From: Candidatus Hermodarchaeota archaeon
Lineage (GTDB): Archaea > Asgardarchaeota > Lokiarchaeia > Sigyniarchaeales > SOKP01
DNA length: 59,596 nucleotides
NCBI GenBank assembly: GCA_048885525.1
Contig: JBHLLP010000020.1
Coordinates: forward strand, 1 to 59,596
Direction: 5' to 3'
This document shows, piece by piece, positions 19,146 to 28,648 of this stretch. The translations under genes and the position numbers were made by a program. Under the pieces are notes generated by a model. The model did no database searches. It had not been told where the DNA came from and worked only from the letters and a program-made list of their open reading frames with translations. Numbering within the stretch: position 1 is the first letter of the stretch; each line of letters starts with the position of its first letter.

Positions 19146-19946
19146 ATGAGTGTACATAAATATACCGATAAGGTAATGGACCATTTTCGAAATCCACGAA
19201 ATGTAGGATCAATTGAGAATCCTGATGGATACGGAAAGGTTGGGAATCCAGTATGTGGAGATTTAATGGAAATTTTCATAAAAGTAGGGAAAAATGACAA
19301 AGGGGAAGATATAATTGATGATATCAAATTCAGAACTTTTGGTTGTGGGTCCGCAGTATCAACTTCTTCAATGGTAACTGAGATGGCTAAAGGTATGACT
19401 CTTGATGATGCCTATAATATTACTAGAAGCGATGTAGCCAAGGAATTAGATGGTTTACCACCTATCAAAATGCATTGTTCAAATCTAGCCGCAGATGCTT
19501 TAAAAGCAGCAATAAATAATTATCGTGAGGGTACTCAACCAGAAGTAGAGGTAGTAACTTCATGTCAGCTAGAAGTGCGAGTAATCTTGGGAGTTGATGA
19601 GTTCAAAGGAAAAGGGGTCTATTTGGAAGTTCCTAACCTTGAGGAATTAAGAGAAAAGAGAACTTTAATTGTGGATACAGGGGATGATTCTTTAGAATTA
19701 GCACTTAAATTAACCGAATATACAGGAAGAGTGATTGTTGTGACTTCTGCAAAAGAAATCCCTGGAACTGTGGAAATAGCGAAAAAATTAAAACAATCAG
19801 ATGTAAAAATTTTACAACAATCTGAACTAAATGAAGTTAAAGGAGAACTCAATGAAGTAGAAAAGGTTGTTATACATGATTTCGATGAAGATGAAAATTA
19901 CGAATTATTTGTGGATGCTATAATAATTTTAGATTATAGAGGTTAA
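19146..19946 (+). CDS. iscU: IscU/NifU scaffold fused to a degenerate TrxB-like Rossmann domain
   Basis: DHFRNPRNVG, GNPVCGD, FGCGSA, LPPIKMHCS; about 135 extra C-terminal residues resembling the TrxB NAD(P)H domain. Confidence 0.85.
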   Translation: MSVHKYTDKVMDHFRNPRNVGSIENPDGYGKVGNPVCGDLMEIFIKVGKNDKGEDIIDDIKFRTFGCGSAVSTSSMVTEMAKGMTLDDAYNITRSDVAKELDGLPPIKMHCSNLAADALKAAINNYREGTQPEVEVVTSCQLEVRVILGVDEFKGKGVYLEVPNLEELREKRTLIVDTGDDSLELALKLTEYTGRVIVVTSAKEIPGTVEIAKKLKQSDVKILQQSELNEVKGELNEVEKVVIHDFDEDENYELFVDAIIILDYRG

Positions 19947-19952
19947 TTTTTT

Positions 19953-21104
19953 TTATTTTTTCATTGAATCTAAAATATAATCGGTTATATATTTGCTTTC
20001 TTTATCCATTTGATTCTTATAGTTAACATATCTAAAATTAAAAACGCATAAAGGACAAGAGGTAACAATTTCTTTAGTTTCAACATTATTGAATAATTGC
20101 TCACCTATTTTAATACAAATACTACTATCAACACCTCTAATTCCAGAACCTGCTCCACAACAAGGACATTCTTCAGGGTTTTTAGAAAATTCTTTAACTT
20201 CTAAAGCACATTTATTTAACAATTTTCGAGGTTCTGAGTATAGAGGTCCACTTATATATTTTCTCCCTACTCGACAAGAATCATGATAGGTTATTATTTT
20301 ATTCAGTGGTTTTAAATTTATTTTATTAATTTTTTCTAATTCATAAATAATCTCTATAATATGTCTCACATTTAGATTAAAATCCTTAGAGCATTTTCTA
20401 TATACTTTATCAAAAGCATACAAACAACCTCCACATGTAACAATCAAATTCTTTATTCCTATCTTATTAAAGAGTTCAATATTTTTTTGAAATATTTTCT
20501 TTGCTAAATTAAGATTTCCTGCGGAGTATACATATTCTCCACAACATGGTTCCTCCTTTAAAATTTTAAAGTCATAACCAGCAAGTTTTAAAATTTCATA
20601 TGGAGCAAAAGCACTTTCAGTTACTCGAAATGAAGACATACATCCTAAAAATAACAGAGTGTCCGAATCTTTCTTTTCAAATAACTCATTTAATCTATAA
20701 GAATCAGGTAACCAATTTAATCTCTCTTCAGGATTCCCTCCAACAGAGTTGTTTTTTTCAATAATTCCTCTTATAATTTTATTGTGTATTTCTAAAGGTG
20801 CTTTATTTTCTTCCACAAGTTTAACCTTCGATGAATGAATAACTTCTGAAATATGAATTTCTTGTTGACAGGTTAAATCACACAACCCACATAACGTACA
20901 AGTATAGAGTCCACTAATTTCTTCTTCTGTAATCTGATTATTTGAAAATACTTTTTTAGCTATTTTTAATCTTCCGTTAGGTGATTTTAATTCATCATGA
21001 GTAACCTTGTAAGTATCACATACTTCCATACAATCCATACAATCTATACATGAATTTACTTCGGTTAGTAATTTATCAACTTCCATTTCAATATCATTTT
21101 TCAT
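19953..21104 (-). CDS. Fe-S oxidoreductase with 2x[4Fe-4S] and CCG domains (HdrD/GlpC-like)
   Basis: CIDCMDCMEVC, CTLCGLCDLTC, FLGC, EPCCG, CGGC, YHDSC, CCGAG, SCPLC. Confidence 0.88.
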   Translation of the reverse strand: MKNDIEMEVDKLLTEVNSCIDCMDCMEVCDTYKVTHDELKSPNGRLKIAKKVFSNNQITEEEISGLYTCTLCGLCDLTCQQEIHISEVIHSSKVKLVEENKAPLEIHNKIIRGIIEKNNSVGGNPEERLNWLPDSYRLNELFEKKDSDTLLFLGCMSSFRVTESAFAPYEILKLAGYDFKILKEEPCCGEYVYSAGNLNLAKKIFQKNIELFNKIGIKNLIVTCGGCLYAFDKVYRKCSKDFNLNVRHIIEIIYELEKINKINLKPLNKIITYHDSCRVGRKYISGPLYSEPRKLLNKCALEVKEFSKNPEECPCCGAGSGIRGVDSSICIKIGEQLFNNVETKEIVTSCPLCVFNFRYVNYKNQMDKESKYITDYILDSMKK

Positions 21105-21215
21105 AATATTAGATTATATACTAATTTTTCTAACTTATAATGACCAAATTTAAATTAATCGTTTTATAAAAATAGTTAAAGAGATTGTAAACAAATAAAG
21201 AAATTGGTCGTCTTT

Positions 21216-23600
21216 ATGAAAAGAGTAGTAATAATTGGTGGTGTAGCAGGAGGTGCTTCTGCTGCCGCTAGATTAAGAAGATTAAGAGAAGACTTCGAAA
21301 TAATTATGTTAGATCGAGGTCCATACGTTTCATTTGCAAATTGTGGATTACCTTACTATATAGGAAATATAATAAAAGATCGCGAGTCTTTAGAATTGGT
21401 AACACCAGAAACATTCCTCGAGAGATTTAATATTGATGTTCGGGTTAATAATGAGGTAATTTCAATAGATAAAGATAAAAGAAAAGTTAAAGTAAAAGAT
21501 TTAAAAAAATTAAATGAATACATTCTTGATTATGATTATTTAATCCTAGCAACTGGCTCAAAACCAATAGTTCCTTCATTTCTTGGACTTGACAAAATTC
21601 CTTATTTTACAATATGGACCATTCCAGATGCTATAAGAATACGCGAGTATGTGGAAAAATCTAATATTAAAAAGGCAGTTATTGTCGGAGGAGGTTTCAT
21701 TGGATTAGAAATGGCAGAAAATTTAGTAGAGAAAGGTGTGAAGGTTAAAATTGTTGAAATGTTAGATCAAGTGATGCCACCTATAGATAAGGAAATAGCA
21801 CAATTTATACACCAAGAATTAATATTAAATGGAGTTTGTTTAGTTTTAGAAGATCCTGTTGATTCTTTTGGCAGAAATGAGAAAGATGAACCTTTTGTTA
21901 AGACAAAAAGTGGTCGAGTAATAGAAACAGATCTAGTTATTTTATCTATTGGTATTAGACCGGAAAATGCACTAGCTAAAGAAGCTGGCTTAGAGGTTAC
22001 CAAAAAAGGATATATCAATGTTAATAAAAGAATGCAAACATCTAGTCCGAGTATTTATGCTGTTGGTGATATTATTCAAGTTGATCATTTTCAGACTAAA
22101 AAACCAATATCAATTGCATTAGCAGGTCCCGCAAATAAACAGGGAAGAATAGCAGCAGATAATATTGCTGGAAGAAATTCTGAATATAAAGGGATTTTAG
22201 GAGCATCTGTTGTTAAAGTTTTTGATCTTACAGTTGCTTCTGTAGGATTAACAGAAAAACAATTAAAAAATCTAAATATAGATTATAATAAAATTTACAT
22301 TCATCCTAATAATCATGCTGGTTATTATCCTGGAGCAATACCAATAACATTAAAATTAATTTTTGAGGTCCCAAATGGTAAAATTCTTGGCGCACAAGCA
22401 GTCGGAGGTTCCGGTACTGAAAAAAGGATTGATATTATCTCAACCGTGATAAAGTTTAATGGGACTGTCTTTGATTTAGAAGAATTAGAATTAACTTACG
22501 CTCCTCCTTACGGTTCTGCCAAAGATCCCGTTAATATGGTAGGATTTGTTGCATCAAATTATCTAAGAAAAGATATGCCTATTTGGCATTGGCATGATTC
22601 AATTGATAATATAAATAATGGGGCTGTTTTATTAGATGTTAGGACTAAAGAGGAATTTTCTGCTAGATCTATTGAAGGCTCAGTAAATATTCCAATTGAG
22701 GAACTTCGAACCCGTATGGATGAAATTCCTAATGATAAATCAATATATGTTTACTGTGAAGTAGGATATCGGAGTTATTTAGCTTTAAGAATTCTACTAC
22801 AAAGTGGTTTTAAAGAAGTATATGAATTAACTGGGGGATTTAAAATTTATGAGATGTCAAACGCAACAACAGAAGAAATAATTGCGGCGTGTGGAGGATC
22901 TGAATATGTTATCGAAGAATTTGTACATGAAAAGGCTACTGAAAGTGAAGGTTACATAGAAGTGGATGCATGTGGACTTTCATGTCCAGGTCCTTTAAAT
23001 GCTTTGATAAAAGGTTTTGACACATTGCCAGAAAATAAGATATTAAAAGTATATGCTACAGATCCTGGATTTAAATCTAGCGTTGAGGCTTATTCTAAAT
23101 TAAATGAAGCCGTAAATTTATTATATCTTGGAAAAGAAAGAGGGATGTTAGTTGCAAAATTAGAAAGGGTTAAACCAATTGAAGTTATTACTCCTGTTAA
23201 AAAGAAAACTAGAAAAGAGCTAAGACCTCCTGATGCACCTCCCATTTCAGATATTAGTCCTGATGAGCTTTTCGAACGTATTAGTACTGAAGAAGAACCA
23301 CCACTTATGATTGATGTTCGAACTCCTCAAGAATATCTTGGTCCACATGGTCATATCAAAAATACTAAATTAATTCCTTTAGGAGAGTTATTAAATGATC
23401 CAGAGGTTATTAAGAATTATAAGAATGAGGAAATAATCGCAATATGTCATTCTGGTTCTCGGTCTTTGATGGCTGCTCAAATTTTAGCACAAGCAGGATT
23501 TAAGGATATTAGAAATTTAACCGGAGGAATTATGATGTGGCATAGAAAAGGTTATCCCGTAGAGTTAGAAGAAAACAGAATGACAGAAACTTTTTATTAA
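21216..23600 (+). CDS. CoA-disulfide/persulfide reductase fused to rhodanese, TusA and a second rhodanese
   Basis: GGVAGG, SFANCGLPY, GGGFIG, YAPPY; rhodanese VYCEVGYRS; TusA DACGLSCPGP; rhodanese ICHSGSRS. Confidence 0.9.
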   Translation: MKRVVIIGGVAGGASAAARLRRLREDFEIIMLDRGPYVSFANCGLPYYIGNIIKDRESLELVTPETFLERFNIDVRVNNEVISIDKDKRKVKVKDLKKLNEYILDYDYLILATGSKPIVPSFLGLDKIPYFTIWTIPDAIRIREYVEKSNIKKAVIVGGGFIGLEMAENLVEKGVKVKIVEMLDQVMPPIDKEIAQFIHQELILNGVCLVLEDPVDSFGRNEKDEPFVKTKSGRVIETDLVILSIGIRPENALAKEAGLEVTKKGYINVNKRMQTSSPSIYAVGDIIQVDHFQTKKPISIALAGPANKQGRIAADNIAGRNSEYKGILGASVVKVFDLTVASVGLTEKQLKNLNIDYNKIYIHPNNHAGYYPGAIPITLKLIFEVPNGKILGAQAVGGSGTEKRIDIISTVIKFNGTVFDLEELELTYAPPYGSAKDPVNMVGFVASNYLRKDMPIWHWHDSIDNINNGAVLLDVRTKEEFSARSIEGSVNIPIEELRTRMDEIPNDKSIYVYCEVGYRSYLALRILLQSGFKEVYELTGGFKIYEMSNATTEEIIAACGGSEYVIEEFVHEKATESEGYIEVDACGLSCPGPLNALIKGFDTLPENKILKVYATDPGFKSSVEAYSKLNEAVNLLYLGKERGMLVAKLERVKPIEVITPVKKKTRKELRPPDAPPISDISPDELFERISTEEEPPLMIDVRTPQEYLGPHGHIKNTKLIPLGELLNDPEVIKNYKNEEIIAICHSGSRSLMAAQILAQAGFKDIRNLTGGIMMWHRKGYPVELEENRMTETFY

Positions 23601-23726
23601 TCTAAAATCCCTCAGATTTTTCTTTAAATTATAAGTAAAAAAGTTTTAAGAAAGGCGAAATGTTATTAATCCAAATATATTCATATATAACGAATTTCCA
23701 ATTTAAAAAAATGGAGGTTAAAAAAT

Positions 23727-24317
23727 ATGAAAGAAACTGCTAAAAAATTATTTACTGCATATGTTGGAGAATCTCAAGCACGAAATCGATATACTTTCTT
23801 TTCAAGTATCGCTAAAAAAGAAGGATATGTTTTAATCTCTGAAATTTTTCTTGAGACTGCTAATCAAGAAAAGGAACACGGCAGTTGGTTTTATAAAATG
23901 TTACAAGGATTCAAAAAAGAAGAAAAGTTCGATGAGATGAAAGTAATCCCTGATGCTGAATTTCCTACAACCCATGGAACTACAATCGAAAATTTGAAAT
24001 CTGCGATAGCAGGAGAAAATATGGAATGGCAAACACTTTATCCAGATATTGTTAAAACTGCTGAAAAAGAAGGATATCATGACATTGCTAAAAGAGTAAA
24101 TGCAATTATAAAGGCTGAAAAACATCATTCAGAGCGATATGGTAAGCTCTTAAAATTAGTGGGTGATGATGCTTTCTTTAAACGTGGAAAGAAAATTGTT
24201 TGGGTTTGCATGGAATGTGGTTATGAAGTTGAAATGGATGAATTACCCAAAGACTTTAAATGTCCATCCTGTGACCATCCTCGGGCGTATTATAGAAAGA
24301 AATGTGAGGATTTCTAA
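23727..24317 (+). CDS. rbr: Rubrerythrin
   Basis: GESQARNRY, EKEH, GENME, AEKHH, C-terminal CMECG...CPSC; GGAGG SD. Confidence 0.95.
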   Translation: MKETAKKLFTAYVGESQARNRYTFFSSIAKKEGYVLISEIFLETANQEKEHGSWFYKMLQGFKKEEKFDEMKVIPDAEFPTTHGTTIENLKSAIAGENMEWQTLYPDIVKTAEKEGYHDIAKRVNAIIKAEKHHSERYGKLLKLVGDDAFFKRGKKIVWVCMECGYEVEMDELPKDFKCPSCDHPRAYYRKKCEDF

Positions 24318-24408
24318 AAAAGTATATGAATTTTTAATTTAAAATCAAAATTTTTAAAAATTAAACAATCTGATTTAACAACAAAAAAGTAAGAATTTGT
24401 GAATAAAA

Positions 24409-24795
24409 ATGAAGCAAAAAGAAATCTATAGGTGCTCTGTATGTGGAAAGGTAATAGAAATTTTACATCCCGCTTCTCCCGAAACTATCTGCTGTGGAGA
24501 ACCCATGAAATTAATGGAGGAACAGACTACTGATTGGAAAACAGAAAAACATGTTCCCAAGATCATGGTTGATGGGAATAAGGTCATAGTTGATGTTGGG
24601 ATCTCGATGGGGACACCTCATCCCATGACCAACGAGCACTATATTATGTGGATTGAAATAATCTGTAAAGACGGATGCTACGAAAGAAGATTCTTGAAAC
24701 CGGGTATGGAACCTAAAGCAACATTTACTGTTGCTAATCCAGAAGGCCTCTGGTCGAGGGAATATTGTAATCTCCACTTTTTGTGGCGTTCTTAA
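24409..24795 (+). CDS. dfx: Desulfoferrodoxin (2Fe superoxide reductase)
   Basis: CSVCG...CCG desulforedoxin domain; EKHVP, HPM, HYI, CNLH. Confidence 0.95.
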   Translation: MKQKEIYRCSVCGKVIEILHPASPETICCGEPMKLMEEQTTDWKTEKHVPKIMVDGNKVIVDVGISMGTPHPMTNEHYIMWIEIICKDGCYERRFLKPGMEPKATFTVANPEGLWSREYCNLHFLWRS

Positions 24796-24908
24796 AGTTT
24801 AATTTTCTTTTTTTTTTATTTAAATATTTTAAAATAATGAAATTTTAAGCTTTTAAAATACAATTGATAATATTAAAATGAATTAAATATTGTCATTGAA
24901 GAAAAAGT

Positions 24909-26264
24909 ATGATCTTTTTTTTACAGTTATTTGTAATCTTCTGTTTTGTTATCGTAATAATTGCTCTTTTTCGTGAAAAAACTGATTTTTTAGCATATAG
25001 CGTATTAGCTATGCTAGCAGCAGCTACAGCTACATATCTTTTTTCACCAACTCCACTACGTCTTGAAGATTTTTTTCAAGCAATAGATTGGACTGTAATT
25101 TTTTTCTTAATTTCGATGTTTACAATTGTAGCAATATTAGAGGATAAACGTATTTTTAATGAAGTTGCCTTACGAATAACTAAAAAATTTAGTACTAATA
25201 CTCGTCAATTTTTTTGGGTAATATGTTTAATTTCAACGATTAGCGCTGCTTTTATTGAAGATATTTCGGTAGCGGTTATTTTTATACCAATGATCATAAG
25301 TACAAGTGAAAAAATGAAAATAAATCCTACTCCTATATTAATGGGAATGACTATTTGCATTAATCTTGCCGCTACATTGACTCCTTTTGGATCTGCTCAA
25401 AATATTTTAATTGCTGATAAATTTGGTTTAACATCAAACTGGTTTTTCGTTAATCTAGGATTATATTTTGTTTTTGGAGTTGTTATAACATTACTTCTAT
25501 TAGATAAATTTTTCCTTAAAAAGCATTTAAAAGAGATTTGGGTTCCACATTGTGTTGAATATGAAGAAGAACTAAATCAAAAACATGTAGAAGAGCATGA
25601 ATTAATAATTATAGAGGATTCAATAAACTCTAAAACATTTTATAAAAATTTGGTTTCTATTTTGATATTTTTTGCTTTATTAATTCTTATTCCAAACATT
25701 TTATTTGTAGGACTGTTTGGAATGTTACTTTTTGTTTTTATTAATCCACGGTTAAAAGATTCAGGTAGAAAACAACCAGATATCTCACATTATCTTAAAC
25801 AGGTAGATTTCAAACTAATATTCTTCTTTATATGTTTATTTGTCTTGGTGTATTGTTTTGAGATTACAGGAATTATTGGAATTATTGAGGAATTTATTAA
25901 TGTTATTGCACCACAGCAGATTTTCTTATTATCTATCTTTATTTTAGTTTTTACGTCTATTCTTTCTGGATTTCTCGACAATGTTCCGGTAACAGTAATT
26001 TTCATCCCTGTTATACATCTATTAGTTTCTTCTGGATTTTCAGCATCACCTCTCTTAATTGCCTTTATATTAGGTATTAATCTAGGAGGAAATTTTTTAC
26101 CTCAAGGTTCTGCTGCAGATATGATGACTTTGGAACTTTCCACTAAATATTGTGTTGATGGTATGAACTATAAGAAATTATTAAAAATAGGAGGTTTATT
26201 TGCTTTATTTCATATTATATTAGGAATTGGTTATCTTGCTATAATTAGCTTCTTTTTTTATTAG
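24909..26264 (+). CDS. ArsB/NhaD/SLC13-family ion transporter
   Basis: About 11-12 TM; IDW, SAAFIED, TPFGSAQN, SGFLDNVP, NLGGNFLPQGSAA. Confidence 0.85.
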   Translation: MIFFLQLFVIFCFVIVIIALFREKTDFLAYSVLAMLAAATATYLFSPTPLRLEDFFQAIDWTVIFFLISMFTIVAILEDKRIFNEVALRITKKFSTNTRQFFWVICLISTISAAFIEDISVAVIFIPMIISTSEKMKINPTPILMGMTICINLAATLTPFGSAQNILIADKFGLTSNWFFVNLGLYFVFGVVITLLLLDKFFLKKHLKEIWVPHCVEYEEELNQKHVEEHELIIIEDSINSKTFYKNLVSILIFFALLILIPNILFVGLFGMLLFVFINPRLKDSGRKQPDISHYLKQVDFKLIFFFICLFVLVYCFEITGIIGIIEEFINVIAPQQIFLLSIFILVFTSILSGFLDNVPVTVIFIPVIHLLVSSGFSASPLLIAFILGINLGGNFLPQGSAADMMTLELSTKYCVDGMNYKKLLKIGGLFALFHIILGIGYLAIISFFFY

Positions 26265-26305
26265 ATAAATTTTTTAATTTTTAAATTAAATTGAGGTAAT
26301 TAAAA

Positions 26306-26854
26306 TTGGAAAAAAATAAAGCCATTATTTTGGATAGAGATGGTACATTAATTGAAGATAAAAATTATACATATAAAGTTGAAGATTTTGAATTATTACC
26401 TGGAGTAATTGAAGGATTAAAATTACTTAAAAAACAATTTCTCTTTTTTATTGTAACCAATCAATCTGGTATAGGAAGAGGTTATTATACTATTCAAGAT
26501 TTTCAAAATTTTAATAACCATTTATTAATGATACTTAAAAATCAAAAAATTGACATTATAAAAACATATTTTTGCCCTCATTTAAAAGAGGATAATTGCG
26601 AATGTAGGAAACCAAAAAGTAGGTTTATTGAAGATATCATCAATGAATTTAACATTGATATTAATAGATCATGGATGATAGGTGATCATCCATCAGACAT
26701 AGAGTTTGGCATAAAAGGAGGTTGTAGAACAATTTTTCTTACTACTGGTCATGGTGATAAACACATAGACGATTTAGAATCTCTTGGAATAAAACCGACT
26801 CTAATATGCGATAATTTTTTAGAAGCCTCAAAACAAATTTTAAAGATTCTTTGA
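26306..26854 (+). CDS. gmhB: HAD-IIIA phosphatase (GmhB/histidinol-phosphatase-like)
   Basis: LDRDGTL, VTNQSGIGRG, CPH...CECRKP, MIGD. Confidence 0.85.
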   Translation: MEKNKAIILDRDGTLIEDKNYTYKVEDFELLPGVIEGLKLLKKQFLFFIVTNQSGIGRGYYTIQDFQNFNNHLLMILKNQKIDIIKTYFCPHLKEDNCECRKPKSRFIEDIINEFNIDINRSWMIGDHPSDIEFGIKGGCRTIFLTTGHGDKHIDDLESLGIKPTLICDNFLEASKQILKIL

Positions 26855-26943
26855 TTCTTAACTCTTATAAGAGATTATTATAAAAATATTGAATCACACT
26901 ATTCTATCATAATTAGATATAAGAATAAAACTGCTTGCTATAA

Positions 26944-27432
26944 ATGTTCTTTAAGAAATTAAATAATGCTGGTTTATGGAATAAAATTCAAAAATTGAGA
27001 GAACTTATTAAACTAGAAAAATATTTTAAAAAAAGAATTTGTTGGAATTGCGGTAAAGAGCTGAATATATATGATTTTTTAAGTGATAATGTTGATTTTT
27101 CTCCTGAATATATTCTTAAATTATGGCAAACTTCGATATTAGAATTCCATTGTTGTGAATGTTTTAGATATCTTAAAATCCATGAATTAAAGAGCATTGA
27201 GAGAGAGTTGAAAGAAAGAAAATGTTTATTTTGTGAAGCCCCAATAGATATTTTTAAATTTAGTAAATTACATAATTATTTAAAAATTTTTGAACTAAGA
27301 AATCTCTGGTTAGATATAAATTTCCGAATTTTTTGTGACAACTTATGCAAACGTAAATATTATAAAATATATTATGATTTTCTTAAGAAAAGAAAATTGA
27401 AAAAACAGATTGAATTAAAAAATAAGGAATAA
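26944..27432 (+). CDS. Hypothetical protein with two tandem Cys4 (putative Zn) modules
   Basis: RICWNCG...LW...FHCCEC and RKCLFCE...LW...IFCDNLC. Confidence 0.65.
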   Translation: MFFKKLNNAGLWNKIQKLRELIKLEKYFKKRICWNCGKELNIYDFLSDNVDFSPEYILKLWQTSILEFHCCECFRYLKIHELKSIERELKERKCLFCEAPIDIFKFSKLHNYLKIFELRNLWLDINFRIFCDNLCKRKYYKIYYDFLKKRKLKKQIELKNKE

Positions 27433-27454
27433 AAATAAAATAGTTAGATTTTTA

Positions 27455-28633
27455 TTAATTTCTCTTTTTTCCGAGAAATGGCATAGCATGTTCATATTTT
27501 TTCATTACAAACCGAGAAATAACAATTCTTTGAATTTCACTTGTTCCTTCATATATTTGGTATAATTTTGCATCTCTAAATAGTTTTTCAACTGGATATG
27601 TTCTTAGATATCCATATCCCCCAAATATTTGCACTGCTTCTGTTGTTACATTCATTGCTACATCCGAAGCGAAAGCTTTAGCTATTGAAGAACTCAAATT
27701 ATTGTCCATTCCTTGATCAGCTTCCCAAGCTGCTTTGTATGTTAACAAACGTGCAGCTTCAATATCTTTATACATATTGGCTATTTTTTCTTGGATTGCT
27801 TGATAATTTCCAATTGCCCTTCCAAAAGCTTCTCTTTTTTGAGCATAATCAATAGAATATTCCATTGCAGAGCGAGCACATCCAACTGCAAATGAACCAA
27901 TAGCCGGTCGAGTATGAGCAAATGTTTGCATAGCTAAGACAAATCCTCTTCCAGGTTTAGCAAGTACATTTTCTCTAGGGATCCTCACATCTTTTAAACC
28001 AACTGATACAGTATTAGATGATCTTTGACCAAGTTTAGGGATATGCTTACCTAATTTTACTCCTTCGCTTTTTGTATCTACAATAAATGCTGCTATCCCT
28101 TTATGCTTCTTCTCAGGGTCTACTGTTGCAAAAACAGTAATATAATCAGCATATCCTCCGTTAGTAATCCAAAATTTATTGCCATTTAAAATATATTCAT
28201 CCCCATCTTTTTCTGCTAAGCATTTCATTCCTGCAACATCAGAACCCATCGTTGGCTCAGATGTGGCAAAAGCAATTAATTTAAATTCATTTATTAATTC
28301 GCTCAAAATTCTTTGCTTTTGTTCTTCATTACCACCAATAACAATTGGTTCAGCACCAAGGTTATTATCAAAGATTGAAGTTGCAATTCCTGGACATGCT
28401 GATGATATTTCTTCAACGACAATACATGAACTTAATAAGCCAAAACCAGGACCTCCATATTCCTTAGGGATTCCTAAATTTAATAATCCTTCTTCCCAAG
28501 CCCTTTTAATAACGGGTAGAGGAAATTCTTCAGATTCATCATATTTTCTTGCAACTGGTAAAACTTCACTAATCGCAAACTCTCTCGCCTTTTTTTGTAA
28601 AGTTTTTTGTTCTTCTGTTAGCATAAAATCCAT
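27455..28633 (-). CDS. Acyl-CoA dehydrogenase
   Basis: IPKEYGG, FATSEPTMGSD, NGNKFWITNG, KLGQR, QIFGGYGY, RDAKLYQIYEGTSEIQR. Confidence 0.95.
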   Translation of the reverse strand: MDFMLTEEQKTLQKKAREFAISEVLPVARKYDESEEFPLPVIKRAWEEGLLNLGIPKEYGGPGFGLLSSCIVVEEISSACPGIATSIFDNNLGAEPIVIGGNEEQKQRILSELINEFKLIAFATSEPTMGSDVAGMKCLAEKDGDEYILNGNKFWITNGGYADYITVFATVDPEKKHKGIAAFIVDTKSEGVKLGKHIPKLGQRSSNTVSVGLKDVRIPRENVLAKPGRGFVLAMQTFAHTRPAIGSFAVGCARSAMEYSIDYAQKREAFGRAIGNYQAIQEKIANMYKDIEAARLLTYKAAWEADQGMDNNLSSSIAKAFASDVAMNVTTEAVQIFGGYGYLRTYPVEKLFRDAKLYQIYEGTSEIQRIVISRFVMKKYEHAMPFLGKKRN

Positions 28634-28648
28634 TTTTATAGCCTCATT

